A DNA stretch of 64,000 nucleotides, from IMG/VR virus record IMGVR_UViG_3300042691_053605, positions 32,001 through 96,000 of that record. The stretch is one strand, 5' to 3'. Shown in pieces: positions 48,539-58,393 of the stretch (positions are counted from its first letter, which is position 1; the number at the start of each line of letters is the position of its first letter). Made by a program: the position numbers and the translations under genes. The notes beneath the pieces were generated by a model. It searched no databases. It saw nothing but the letters and a program-made list of their open reading frames with translations, and had not been told where the DNA came from. The stretch is from a virus.

Positions 48539-49108
48539 CTACTTAATGCCACCAATAAATACTACTGGTATTTTTGCGGCAGCAATCGCATCGGGAACGG
48601 AAAACGTAGGTGAAAGCGTAAGTTCAATAGGAACCGGATTTAGAATAGCGGAAGCTCCGACTCCAACTGTAAGAGTTCCCGGTGGTATCGTTACCACTAA
48701 ATCCGCGCGTTTTATATTTGTAACTATAATATCGGCTAATAGAGGTGAAAGCTGCGCAACCAGTGCTTTTACAATATCAGAAGAAATATGTGCGGATAGG
48801 CAATCTGCCCACTCGGCAGCAACAACAGTCCACAGCTGATTCTTAAAGTCTACACGTTTTTGGACAGTGTCAAGATTTCCCGGTGCATTTTCAATTGCCC
48901 ACTTATCAATGGCTTCTTGCACCGAAAACACGCTGTTTTTTGTATTTTCTACAACTCCGCCTAAACGTTCGTCTTCGTCAACGCCTAATGCGGTATGTAA
49001 AGGTAGCGGATCTGCAAAGTGTGCAAGAAGAGAAGCCTTTATTGTTGGCTCCAGTGACTGAAACGCTGCTGCTAATTCAGTAGCTAACAGAGGTGTGTTT
49101 AATGGCAT
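48539..49108 (-). CDS. Hypothetical protein downstream of the spike gene
   Basis: 189-aa ORF in the baseplate operon. Confidence 0.6.
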   Translation of the reverse strand: MPLNTPLLATELAAAFQSLEPTIKASLLAHFADPLPLHTALGVDEDERLGGVVENTKNSVFSVQEAIDKWAIENAPGNLDTVQKRVDFKNQLWTVVAAEWADCLSAHISSDIVKALVAQLSPLLADIIVTNIKRADLVVTIPPGTLTVGVGASAILNPVPIELTLSPTFSVPDAIAAAKIPVVFIGGIK

Positions 49109-49118
49109 ATTTTATTTT

Positions 49119-49859
49119 TTAGATTGTTTTAACTACAGGCAAACCAGTTTTGCCACTTAAATGTTGTACAGGAGTCATGGGTATAACTGGTGGAGACGTG
49201 GGAGCTCCCATATTTCCAATATGTGTATGAGAATTAAAAAGAGCCAGAAATGAATCCCCTAATACCACTCTTTCAATTGCTCCTGCACCTAATTCGACGG
49301 TATTTGTATGATCAATTATTACGTTTTTTGTAGTAACATTAACAGAGTCTTCTGCATATATGTTAATTCGCGGCCCGATTAACTCAATTACGCTTTTACT
49401 CTCTTTGTGTTCAATTGTAATACTGCTATCTGGGTTAACTATAATTTGCGATTCCTTATGAAATAAATTAAGACCTTTTCCTGGAGTGTAAAAGATTTTT
49501 ACCTGCTCATCCTCATCATAGAGCAATACATGGCTTCCTAAATAACTATCAGAAATTTCTGATTGCATTGCTCGATTAATTGTTTGAATGCCATAATACT
49601 CGGGAGAGTATAAATTTCCTTCTGAAAATTGTATTCTTACAATTGCTCCTATTTTAGGAATCGATAGTGATCCAAATCCGCCTTCGCCTCCTGCAAATAC
49701 GGTATTTGTGACAGGAAAAGCCCACGGAATTGCATCATTTTCAAGCTCATCAAATAAACTAAATACTTTTATTCGGCATCTACCAAGCTGTTCAGGATCG
49801 TTGTTTTCTACAACTTCGCCTAACCAAATTCGATCTCTTAGTTCTTGTGTTGATGGCAT
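49119..49859 (-). CDS. Baseplate central spike (gp5/gpV-like OB-fold, no lysozyme domain)
   Basis: WLGEVVENNDPEQLGRCRIKV, IPKIGAIV; C-terminal HTH(IGNMG) metal-binding tip motif. Confidence 0.85.
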   Translation of the reverse strand: MPSTQELRDRIWLGEVVENNDPEQLGRCRIKVFSLFDELENDAIPWAFPVTNTVFAGGEGGFGSLSIPKIGAIVRIQFSEGNLYSPEYYGIQTINRAMQSEISDSYLGSHVLLYDEDEQVKIFYTPGKGLNLFHKESQIIVNPDSSITIEHKESKSVIELIGPRINIYAEDSVNVTTKNVIIDHTNTVELGAGAIERVVLGDSFLALFNSHTHIGNMGAPTSPPVIPMTPVQHLSGKTGLPVVKTI

Positions 49860-49860
49860 A

Positions 49861-52371
49861 TTATTCTAAATCTACGTTTCCTAAATTTGCTTTAACTTCG
49901 TCGGTTGGCGGTGCGGTTAAATCTACAGATCCTTCGGAAGCCTTTGGTTTAATCGGTCCTGTTAGAGGAACTTCTACCGATGATATTTTTTCTGGCGCGG
50001 GAGGCGCAACCAATTTAACTGGTGCTAACGGCTTTTTACTTGTTTCAGGGCTTTCAAAATTAACTTCACCTAATTTTGGGTTTGCTGGATTTGACGCCTC
50101 CAAATCAGTACGGCCAGGATCTTTATCACTTGGCTGATAACCGGCTAAAACAGTTTTTCCAGGCGTTACTGCTGCTGGGCCAGCTCCTTCAAGATTTGTA
50201 GATCCTGGTTTAGCCGAAGAAATTCCTGCACTTTGAAACTCGGTGGACCCAGGATTAATTGCAGATACTGAAGCTCCTGACAAGTTAACAACCATTGGTT
50301 TATCCGAAGAAACTGTTGGTTCTACCAATTCAACTTTTGTAGAACCTGACTGGCCAGGCGCTGCTCCTTCTAAATCTGAACTTCCAAGAGTTGCATCTTT
50401 CTTTGGCGCAGAATTCAAATCAACCGTAGTACCAGAGATATTACCTGGGTTTGCTCCGGTTAATTGAACACTAGTTGCAGAAGAATTTCCTGTTGGTGGA
50501 GCACTTAAATCAACCTTTGTACCTGATACTGATACCAAATTTGGTGCGGATAATTCTACACCAGAAAGAGCTCTTGGAGCAATTGCCGGTCCGGAGAGTT
50601 CAACAGCCGATGGGCTGCTAGGCGGAGTATTATCAGGACCAAAATCAACTTTAGAAGACGAAGCAGCGCCTACAGGAGGCGATTGCAAATTTACAGTGGA
50701 AGACTGCGCTGGAGATACGGTAGGTCCACTCAATTGAACTTTTCCACCACCGCCTGACGGTGCAGCTGCACCTTCTAACTGAACTGCAGAAGAACTTGCC
50801 GCATTTATAGTAGGGGCGGACAGAGTAACTGGTGAAACATTTGATGAATTTTCTGGTGGAGCCTGAAGTTCTACGCTTGAAGATGAAGCGGAACCTATAT
50901 TAGGACCACTTAATTCCGTATTTGTAGGACTTACCACAGAAGAAATTGCGCTCTGAACCGAGGTTAATTCAACTTGTGCAAGCGATTGAGTAAGTATTTC
51001 AGGCGCTTGTAAAACTACTTGTTTTGCAATGTTTTGTGAAACCTTTGGCTCAAATGCGTTTGAAAATACTCTTCCAATAACCCGTGCTGCTAAATCGGCT
51101 GCTAAATTGTTTGCTGCGCCAACTGCTATATTTTCAGCCTGTTCTGCAAGTCTACCCAATAAGCTAGAATTTCTTTCATTTTCTGCTTTTAACAAATCCT
51201 GATGTTTTGTTTGATCACGCAAATTGTTAAAAGAAGAATTCTTAATTCCTAAGAGATAACCAATTTCACTTGAAGGAATTCCTGCGTCATTTGCATCATT
51301 ACCAGTCTTTTTCCAAAACAGCGAATCCACTTTTGAATCATTTCTTTCTGACGCAGTTGGCGTATCTTGTAATATTGCTCCAAGAAGGCCATACGTATTT
51401 GATTCCCGGATAATCGGAGTTGTAATTGTAATTTTGTTGGTCGCCTCTTTTTCCGGAGTTTTTGCAATTGAGTCAAAATAACTCGGTGAATCCTCTTCTA
51501 TTGAAAACTGACATCCTGAAAAAGAAAACACCATAAAAGTAGCCAATGAATCAAAATTTTGCATTAACGTAGGGAACGACGAAAACTTTCCAGGGTCTCT
51601 TTGTAAAGCATCGGTTAATGTATTACTTAGAGCAGTTGTTGCCTGACTTGTTGGTAGCACCGCGTTAACTGCTGCCTGAATTCCTTGTTCAGCCAGCCCA
51701 GGTATGTTTATATTACCAAATAGACCAGTATCAAGAGGATTCTTATATGAATTCATCGACTGCGCAATATTTCGGTCATTCGTAGGAACCACTAGATCTG
51801 CAGGTCTTTGCATACTCCTAATTTCGGTAATTACAAGATCCATATCAAACCACCTTAAGTTTTCTGGCAAAATCCATCGCATATGAACAGAATCAAAGGT
51901 TGCCTTTCGGTATAAATCCATCAAATATGTAATCTTTAAGTCAATGGATTCAAGGGTTTCAAATGAAAGCTTTTTATCTTTACCGCGAAAGCTATTTCCT
52001 GGAGCAATTTTCCAAATTTCAGCAAGACCACTTACCTTTGTAAAAAACCAAGGAGTTTTTTCAGAAATATCTTTTAGCCCGGCAATAAATTCCCTAACCA
52101 TCTGTGCTCGAGTGTATTCGCCAATTCTTTTCAAATAACTAATAGCAGAATCAGGATGATCTTCAGAATATAAAAGTCCTCCTGGCCAGGTATCAAGACT
52201 TGGCTGTCCGGTAGGTAATTCGTTAAACCCATAAAATTTTAGGTAGAACCCAATATATGTAGGATCTTCATAATCCGCAAATTTTGAAGGGCGCTGTGTT
52301 GCATACGCGGATCGCCATGCTGGTGATGACTGCTCTAAAAATGACCGTGTAAGTGAATCAGCAAATTTCAT
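49861..52371 (-). CDS. Tail tube initiator-like (gp54/gp19 fold) protein with a C-terminal 15-aa repeat array
   Basis: N-terminal LSFETLESIDLKITYLMDLYRK and FSFSGCQF tube-like pattern; about 26 V-x-L-x-[GAS]-[PA] repeats. Confidence 0.55.
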   Translation of the reverse strand: MKFADSLTRSFLEQSSPAWRSAYATQRPSKFADYEDPTYIGFYLKFYGFNELPTGQPSLDTWPGGLLYSEDHPDSAISYLKRIGEYTRAQMVREFIAGLKDISEKTPWFFTKVSGLAEIWKIAPGNSFRGKDKKLSFETLESIDLKITYLMDLYRKATFDSVHMRWILPENLRWFDMDLVITEIRSMQRPADLVVPTNDRNIAQSMNSYKNPLDTGLFGNINIPGLAEQGIQAAVNAVLPTSQATTALSNTLTDALQRDPGKFSSFPTLMQNFDSLATFMVFSFSGCQFSIEEDSPSYFDSIAKTPEKEATNKITITTPIIRESNTYGLLGAILQDTPTASERNDSKVDSLFWKKTGNDANDAGIPSSEIGYLLGIKNSSFNNLRDQTKHQDLLKAENERNSSLLGRLAEQAENIAVGAANNLAADLAARVIGRVFSNAFEPKVSQNIAKQVVLQAPEILTQSLAQVELTSVQSAISSVVSPTNTELSGPNIGSASSSSVELQAPPENSSNVSPVTLSAPTINAASSSAVQLEGAAAPSGGGGKVQLSGPTVSPAQSSTVNLQSPPVGAASSSKVDFGPDNTPPSSPSAVELSGPAIAPRALSGVELSAPNLVSVSGTKVDLSAPPTGNSSATSVQLTGANPGNISGTTVDLNSAPKKDATLGSSDLEGAAPGQSGSTKVELVEPTVSSDKPMVVNLSGASVSAINPGSTEFQSAGISSAKPGSTNLEGAGPAAVTPGKTVLAGYQPSDKDPGRTDLEASNPANPKLGEVNFESPETSKKPLAPVKLVAPPAPEKISSVEVPLTGPIKPKASEGSVDLTAPPTDEVKANLGNVDLE
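49864..51020 (-). repeat. Protein-level tandem repeat with 15-residue period
   Basis: VELQAP/VTLSAP/VQLEGA/VQLSGP/VNLQSP/VELSGP/VELSAP/VDLSAP..., mostly spaced exactly 15 aa apart. Confidence 0.85.
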
Positions 52372-52376
52372 GTAAT

Positions 52377-52385
52377 CTATATATT
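52377..52385 (-). promoter_or_regulatory. Class A late-promoter-like motif (AATATATAG)
   Basis: 5 nt upstream of the ATG at 52371. Confidence 0.5.
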
Positions 52386-52386
52386 T

Positions 52387-53910
52387 TTATACCGGTGTCG
52401 GCCATTCTCTACGTGTTAAGTAAACCTTATGTATAAAACCTGGCGGATTTCTTGGATTTTCTTCTGTAGGCATACCCATTGATGAAATAGGACTATCTTG
52501 CGAATATGAAAACGACATTCCAGCTATCATATAATAGCCACTGTAGAATCTATCCAATATCATGCTAGGGTACATTGCATCAGGTTGTTCCTGTTCAGGC
52601 GAATTAAGTATTGTTTGGTGACGAATGTCATTCATTACAAATAATATCAATGGAATACGTTCACCCCGGTAGAGATTAAAATTGCCTCTTTCAAGATCAA
52701 TATTAATTGTAATTTTTTCCAATTCTACATTATTTCGATCATTCCAAAGCTTTGCATAATTGTATTTTTCATGTGCATTGCCTTCGGGCGCGGTATATTG
52801 AATTCCCATCCACACATGACGAGCCTGTGTTTTCCAATAGTCTTCAGACGGCGTTCCGGGTTTTGTAGTACGGCCTTTTAGAATAATTTTGTTCCCACCA
52901 GCGCCTTCAGTATTTAGAGGATCCACATAGATTGACCAGTATTGTTCAGAGTTTTGCTCAAAAAACTGTGTGTATGTTTTATACCCATAAGCCTGACTTA
53001 CCTGGTTACTCTTATTACTTACGTTGTACCGGTGTATAAACCCAGGAGTTCCTTTATAGTCGGGCCAGTTTGTTAAAATTTTGGAAGTTTGTCCCGTAAG
53101 TTCGGTTAGCTGTTTTTCTGTAGTTTCGCCTCCCATTGTATCGGTAATTCTTAAATTGGTTAAAAGCGCCAAATCTACATTAGTGTCTTCGCTAAATTGA
53201 TTATTGATATTTACAAAATTTAGATTGTAATACACATCAATAAATACGTCAAAGAAGCTTTGCTCGTCCTTCCAGGCATGATCCGCAATAGATAATATGT
53301 ACTCACGGTAATCTGTTCTTGGACTTATCCAGGTTTGCTCATCCGCTGTTGCAGTATCGTTGGAGGCAAAACCTAATTTAAGTTCTCTAGCAATTTCTTT
53401 TAGAACATTATAGCTGGTTCCTTTATAGGAAACTACAACCTCATCATATAAATGAGGAACAAACAATTCACCGTTAATTGTATAAGCTCCGTACATACCT
53501 TCGGAATCTGCGCCTTTACTCGTTACGCTTGTAATTCGATAATCATTTCGTATTGGCTTAAAGGTGTCATTTAATGCACGAATAAAAACAGAGGCAAGAT
53601 CACCATCTTTGGGAATTGCTCCAGACGGAAAAGTTTTCCCTTTTACAAATACCTTAAAACTTACTTTTGGCAAAAACCCAGTATAATCAATGCTGAAATT
53701 CAAAATTTCATCCTGATTAAAGACATAGTTATTAATTTCAATATACGGAAAGTTGGTACCTACGTTCTTTGTCTCTTTGTAATCCCGCGGTTCCCCTTCC
53801 ATTGAGGAATTCTTATTTGTACCATAGTCAGCATCGTATATTTCAATACTGTCCAACGGTATTGCTGGATCCATCAAAGACCGTATAATTGCCTTTTCGT
53901 TTTGTGGCAT
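52387..53910 (-). CDS. Baseplate hub protein (gp27-like)
   Basis: SYNVLKEIARELKLGFASN and LDRFYSGYYMIAGMSFSY hub-like motifs; position between gp53-like and gp5-like genes. Confidence 0.6.
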   Translation of the reverse strand: MPQNEKAIIRSLMDPAIPLDSIEIYDADYGTNKNSSMEGEPRDYKETKNVGTNFPYIEINNYVFNQDEILNFSIDYTGFLPKVSFKVFVKGKTFPSGAIPKDGDLASVFIRALNDTFKPIRNDYRITSVTSKGADSEGMYGAYTINGELFVPHLYDEVVVSYKGTSYNVLKEIARELKLGFASNDTATADEQTWISPRTDYREYILSIADHAWKDEQSFFDVFIDVYYNLNFVNINNQFSEDTNVDLALLTNLRITDTMGGETTEKQLTELTGQTSKILTNWPDYKGTPGFIHRYNVSNKSNQVSQAYGYKTYTQFFEQNSEQYWSIYVDPLNTEGAGGNKIILKGRTTKPGTPSEDYWKTQARHVWMGIQYTAPEGNAHEKYNYAKLWNDRNNVELEKITINIDLERGNFNLYRGERIPLILFVMNDIRHQTILNSPEQEQPDAMYPSMILDRFYSGYYMIAGMSFSYSQDSPISSMGMPTEENPRNPPGFIHKVYLTRREWPTPV

Positions 53911-54527
53911 TAAGAATTAGATTTTTGATTGTTCTTTAAGAGCTTTGATAAAAATTCAGTTTTTGATAGAGGAGCATTTACCTCATTTGAATTTTTACTT
54001 ACCGCACTTCCAAAATAAATTTTGCCTCCTTTGATTTCAATTTCCTTATCACCAAAATTAGCAAAGTTTGGTGGTAACGGAGGCGTGGTTTTACTGGGAT
54101 CTGCTTTTTTAGGCTTATTACGATTATCAAATTTACCTAGCGTTGGATCCAGTTTTGAAATTTTCTCAGGATCAATATACTGGTTACGGATATCAAATTT
54201 TTGCTTTTCTGCGGCAGTACCAAACTTCATATTTATGTTTGCGTAAATTGGATCCGGCACAAACAGCAAATCACCCGTGTCAATTGTAAACGGATTGCTT
54301 ATATCGTTAAACTTTAGCATCTTTTCAGTTTGTGCGGTGGATCCCATTGAAATTTTAGTAATGGAATCAATACGCATAGCCAAATCTTCTGTTACTAGCA
54401 CATAATTGATCATTGGTTGATCCACCGTAATGTTCATTGATTGTTGTGTCAAATCTACAATCTGATCACCGTTTTCTAGCTGAATAATCGGCTTATTGTC
54501 AATTGTTGCAGGAAATTCTATTGGCAT
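53910..54527 (-). CDS. Baseplate wedge LysM-like protein (gp53-like)
   Basis: RIDSITKISMG...MLKFNDISNPFTIDTGDLLFVP. Confidence 0.7.
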   Translation of the reverse strand: MPIEFPATIDNKPIIQLENGDQIVDLTQQSMNITVDQPMINYVLVTEDLAMRIDSITKISMGSTAQTEKMLKFNDISNPFTIDTGDLLFVPDPIYANINMKFGTAAEKQKFDIRNQYIDPEKISKLDPTLGKFDNRNKPKKADPSKTTPPLPPNFANFGDKEIEIKGGKIYFGSAVSKNSNEVNAPLSKTEFLSKLLKNNQKSNS

Positions 54528-54531
54528 TTAA

Positions 54532-56571
54532 TTAGGCTTTTTTGTTATATCCAAGTCCCCATTTAGCAGCAGTACTGCTATATGTCTTGGTTGCGGTTTG
54601 CGTTACTGTATTAATTGCATTATCCACAGCAGCAGGATCTCCAAGTAGCGCAGATCTTCTATAAAATTTACCTCCAGGTTTGCGAGTTCCAGTATTGCCT
54701 TCTCCACCGCTTCCTTTGTTTTTTCCGGTATACGCATCCACTTTTGTCATACTTGCTGACGAAATGTTTTGCTCATACCCAGGAGGCAAAGAATATAAAC
54801 GGCCGCCACCTGCGTTAAACATGGATTCAATTGCATCGCGATCTCGTGGTCTTCCATGTGCCAATGTTATTGTTGCTTTGATTTCTGTAGGAAAATCATC
54901 AGGCCCAAGCTCATCATTAAATTCAATTTTTGCATTTTCACAAATAAGATTGCCGATCATCATCATTGGATTAAACGGATTGCCTACCATTAAATGCCAT
55001 TCACCAACAGGTTCTCCAGTTAAAATTGCTTTAATTCCGGTTACAAATCCTGGTTGTGAAGTCACGGTTGATTTCATATAGTTGCTTCCCATTCCAGCAG
55101 CAAGAGACTTAATTGCGTCAATAGGATTTTGAACCGCGGAAAACAAAAAATCACTTACCGCGCTTGCTGCCTTTGAAAATTGTGAAGCTACTGAATTCAT
55201 AAAGGCCCCGGGATCACCTCGTAACCAGGCAGCACGTCCCGCTTTCCCTCCAAGAAACGGAGCAGCATTTCCAGGCGCTCCTGGCCTAAAACGGTTAGCC
55301 CCGCCCCAGAATGTTGCGGACGCAGAAGTCAATAAGAGTAAATTTGACATAATATCAAGCATTGCTGCTTTAGCGTTTATACCTCCAATACTTCGAGCAG
55401 AATACTCAAAAACCAGGGTAATTTTATGATCAAATTTAAGTCCGCGCTCTCTCATTTTTACCGAGTCAATAACATTTATTGGCCCGATAATTTTATTTTG
55501 CCAAGGCCCATCGGTATACGGATCAGGGGGCGCACCTCTTTGAGCCTGTTGTTCATCTCCACCACGATAATCTCCCGAAATAAGTCCTAACCACTTTGCA
55601 ACTCCAGGAACTGGACCAGCGCCTGCATCACCAGGCTCTGCAGGTGATACCACATTCATTTCTGATTTGAGGTCTTTCCAATTTAATCCTGTTTCAATAG
55701 GACCAAGAATGGTAGATATTTTATTTCCAGTATCTTCTCCAAGCCAGGTAACAGCGGTAGCCACTGGACGAAGCTTTGTAGTATCAAAAGGATTGTCTCC
55801 CTTTGGATTTTTTTCGCCATCGGCCTCTAAATTATCTGCAGTAGGAAACGGATATCTTCTAAGAGTTACTAAATAATTGTTAGGAATTAATTGCCACCAT
55901 TTGCAATAAGCAAAATCCTGAAACCTATAAGGCATTCTATCACGATTCTTTTCTTCCTGGCTCCACTCTACTAATTGAGTTACTGTAGGCGATTTGTACC
56001 TATGTCCTCTTTCAGCGTTATATTGATCAACTTCGTACCACCTTGGCTGGTTTTCCTGATCCATTAAAAGTGACATGGCATTTGCATCCTTGGTAGCAGT
56101 AAATTGCTGAAAACTTATATACGCATTAGGGTTCATAATTGACGGAACCCCGCCAAATTCTTTTAACTCTGAATACGCCGACAGATCTTTTATGTTTTGC
56201 GCGGACACCTTTTGCGAATCGCTTTGATTAGGATCCTCGGGAAGAACAAAGCCTTCAACAAGAGGCTCAACGGCTTCTGCGCTAAAGCTTAAAAGTGTTG
56301 AATTTTTTGAATCCGAAATAAAAATAAGTCTTGGATCATGCGGCCCCATCATTAAAGGTGGTTGCCCAGGAGTTGCTTCTTGCGTTACCGACGTATTGTT
56401 TTGTGGTTCCAGCGGTTTTGGAACATACAATGCTACGTTATCAATAAGAAAATCTACATTTGAATCCTCTATCACAAATTGATCAGGTACTCCGACTCTT
56501 TGAAGCGGATCCAGATAATTGTAATAAACAAACGGGTCTTCTCTCTTAATAAAAATGTAAACTAATGCCAT
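54532..56571 (-). CDS. Baseplate/tail tube cap protein (gp48-like); likely start MALVYIF
   Basis: ITLVFEY and VGNPFNPMMMIGNLICENAKIEF...GPDDFPTEIKATITL tube-fold C-terminal motif. Confidence 0.55.
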   Translation of the reverse strand: MALVYIFIKREDPFVYYNYLDPLQRVGVPDQFVIEDSNVDFLIDNVALYVPKPLEPQNNTSVTQEATPGQPPLMMGPHDPRLIFISDSKNSTLLSFSAEAVEPLVEGFVLPEDPNQSDSQKVSAQNIKDLSAYSELKEFGGVPSIMNPNAYISFQQFTATKDANAMSLLMDQENQPRWYEVDQYNAERGHRYKSPTVTQLVEWSQEEKNRDRMPYRFQDFAYCKWWQLIPNNYLVTLRRYPFPTADNLEADGEKNPKGDNPFDTTKLRPVATAVTWLGEDTGNKISTILGPIETGLNWKDLKSEMNVVSPAEPGDAGAGPVPGVAKWLGLISGDYRGGDEQQAQRGAPPDPYTDGPWQNKIIGPINVIDSVKMRERGLKFDHKITLVFEYSARSIGGINAKAAMLDIMSNLLLLTSASATFWGGANRFRPGAPGNAAPFLGGKAGRAAWLRGDPGAFMNSVASQFSKAASAVSDFLFSAVQNPIDAIKSLAAGMGSNYMKSTVTSQPGFVTGIKAILTGEPVGEWHLMVGNPFNPMMMIGNLICENAKIEFNDELGPDDFPTEIKATITLAHGRPRDRDAIESMFNAGGGRLYSLPPGYEQNISSASMTKVDAYTGKNKGSGGEGNTGTRKPGGKFYRRSALLGDPAAVDNAINTVTQTATKTYSSTAAKWGLGYNKKA

Positions 56572-56587
56572 GCAAACATTTATTTTA

Positions 56588-56632
56588 CTATATATCAAAG
56601 GTTATCCCAAAATGATTCTCTTAGATATATAG
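56588..56632. promoter_or_regulatory. Divergent pair of class A motifs (GATATATAG on both strands)
   Basis: CTATATATC at 56588-56596 and GATATATAG at 56624-56632, each about 17 nt from a start codon. Confidence 0.65.
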
Positions 56633-56649
56633 AAGAAAATACATTAAGT

Positions 56650-56919
56650 ATGTCTATAGCATCATTTGGCGAATTCAAAAAGACTCTTAACGAAGAAGAG
56701 GAAGGAAAAATGTACTTGCAGGATTTGCAAGAAATTGCTACTTTAGCCACTAAACTTCGTGAAATGATAGATCCTAAAGAAGATCTTGAAGCCTGGATCC
56801 AGGACAAAATAACCATTGCTCATCACAATATGGAAGCAATTCATGGTTATTACAAATCCGAAGAAAAAGGTGGAACCAATTCCACTGCAACTGGCGACGT
56901 CTCAACAACTAGTTTGTAA
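56650..56919 (+). CDS. Small protein with capsid-targeting-like N-terminus
   Basis: MSIASFGEFKKTLNEEEE; DLEAWIQDKIT motif; preceded by a class A motif. Confidence 0.65.
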   Translation: MSIASFGEFKKTLNEEEEGKMYLQDLQEIATLATKLREMIDPKEDLEAWIQDKITIAHHNMEAIHGYYKSEEKGGTNSTATGDVSTTSL

Positions 56920-56920
56920 T

Positions 56921-57079
56921 ATGAAACGGGTTTTGCGTTTTGGCAGAGATATGATGCCTTCTGTAAAAAAGGAAAAAACAACCTTTTCAAAGAAGCCACG
57001 GCTGTTTAGACGGCTGAAAAAAATTGCAATAAAAATGGAAACTTTAAGAATGCAAAAAGATCTTGAAGACGGTGCTTAA
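56921..57079 (+). CDS. Small basic hypothetical protein (52 aa)
   Basis: ATG immediately after the upstream stop: MKRVLRFGRD... Confidence 0.45.
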   Translation: MKRVLRFGRDMMPSVKKEKTTFSKKPRLFRRLKKIAIKMETLRMQKDLEDGA

Positions 57080-57525
57080 TCCTCAAGCGGTATATTATGA
57101 ATCCACTTAAACAGGGAACTCTCTAGCATTCTACACTCTACAATATGAATTTTTTTTACAACAGGGAATATTGCAACGCCATTAAATAATTCATAGTAAT
57201 CCTCATCTGCTCCTTCCTCTGTTAAAAATAAGACATCTTGAATGTCTGTATTTTCATTTACGTAAAACACAATAAATCGAATGATATCCTCATTTAGATC
57301 CGGGTTAGAATAGATTATTGAATGCGCGCGATTTGCTTTCGATACGGTTTTAATCTGCTTCTTTATTTCCTCATTTATTAGGAAGCTGGAATACTCGTCA
57401 AGTTCTGACGGGTTATACCCAAGAGATTGTATAATTTCGCTAACTGAAATTACATGTTGCTTCCTCATATTTAAGAAAGCCTTCTTTAACTTATCGCGTT
57501 CTTCCCGAGTGATGTAGAGATTCAT
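57076..57525 (-). CDS. Hypothetical protein
   Basis: 149-aa ORF on the coding strand. Confidence 0.6.
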   Translation of the reverse strand: MNLYITREERDKLKKAFLNMRKQHVISVSEIIQSLGYNPSELDEYSSFLINEEIKKQIKTVSKANRAHSIIYSNPDLNEDIIRFIVFYVNENTDIQDVLFLTEEGADEDYYELFNGVAIFPVVKKIHIVECRMLESSLFKWIHNIPLED

Positions 57526-57546
57526 CCTATTGTTTTCTTAATATAT

Positions 57547-57867
57547 TCACGCTTTTCTGCGTGCCTCTCTTTTAGCGAGTTTTTCTGCTCGGGCCTCTTC
57601 TATTTGTTTGTTCTTTTGCAAAATCTCTTCGGCCTGTTCACGAGTGTGCCCAGATTCCATTAAGCTTGCTAATTGTTTTGACCAATTTTCTGCCTCATCA
57701 TTAATTCTTTGATTTTCGGCTTCCTGGATATTTTGCAAATATGTTTGTTTAACATATTCTTTTTTGCGGGCTTTGATAGCCTCGCGTTGTTCAAAAGTCA
57801 TTTGTTTTTCAATTTTGTGAAAACCAAATTGTTTTTCCATCTGACGACGTTCTCTTCTATTTTGCAT
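57547..57867 (-). CDS. Hypothetical charged helical protein (NRRERR motif)
   Basis: 106-aa ORF. Confidence 0.6.
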   Translation of the reverse strand: MQNRRERRQMEKQFGFHKIEKQMTFEQREAIKARKKEYVKQTYLQNIQEAENQRINDEAENWSKQLASLMESGHTREQAEEILQKNKQIEEARAEKLAKREARRKA

Positions 57868-58393
57868 TGTTAAAGGATTTTTGATACATAACGTTAAACA
57901 ATCTTAAAAAGGCTCCTAATAGTAGAGTTTCCGAAGACTGTAAAGCCTCCGATACATCTACCATAGTAAGTTCTGAATTGGCCTCTTGATGAGATCCATC
58001 AGGTTGATTATTGCCTTTTTGAATTCCAGTTACATCAACCGCAAAAGCAGGATATTGACGGTCACTATCTTTGCTATCGTGAAAATTTCCAAGGAACACC
58101 CAACGATTTGTATCCGCGGGATCCAATTTGTATCCGCCTTCCTCGTAGAGTTCTCTTACCGCAGCCTCATAGGCATCCGCATCGGAATTATCAATAGTTC
58201 CGGTAATTAGCGTATCTGCGTAATTGGTTTCTCTAAGTGGATTCCACTCTTTCAAAACTCCAATTTTTTCAATAATTCCGCCTTTGCTTACGGTAAACGG
58301 AAGAACTGCAACCGATACCGTTTTTGTGTGTACTCCGTACTTACCGTTTACTTCTACAATATCGAAGTACGGCGTTTCAAATAATTTATTCAT
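57857..58393 (-). CDS. NUDIX hydrolase (likely start MNKLF)
   Basis: Nudix box variant GTIDNSDADAYEAAVRELYEEGGY. Confidence 0.8.
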   Translation of the reverse strand: MNKLFETPYFDIVEVNGKYGVHTKTVSVAVLPFTVSKGGIIEKIGVLKEWNPLRETNYADTLITGTIDNSDADAYEAAVRELYEEGGYKLDPADTNRWVFLGNFHDSKDSDRQYPAFAVDVTGIQKGNNQPDGSHQEANSELTMVDVSEALQSSETLLLGAFLRLFNVMYQKSFNNAK

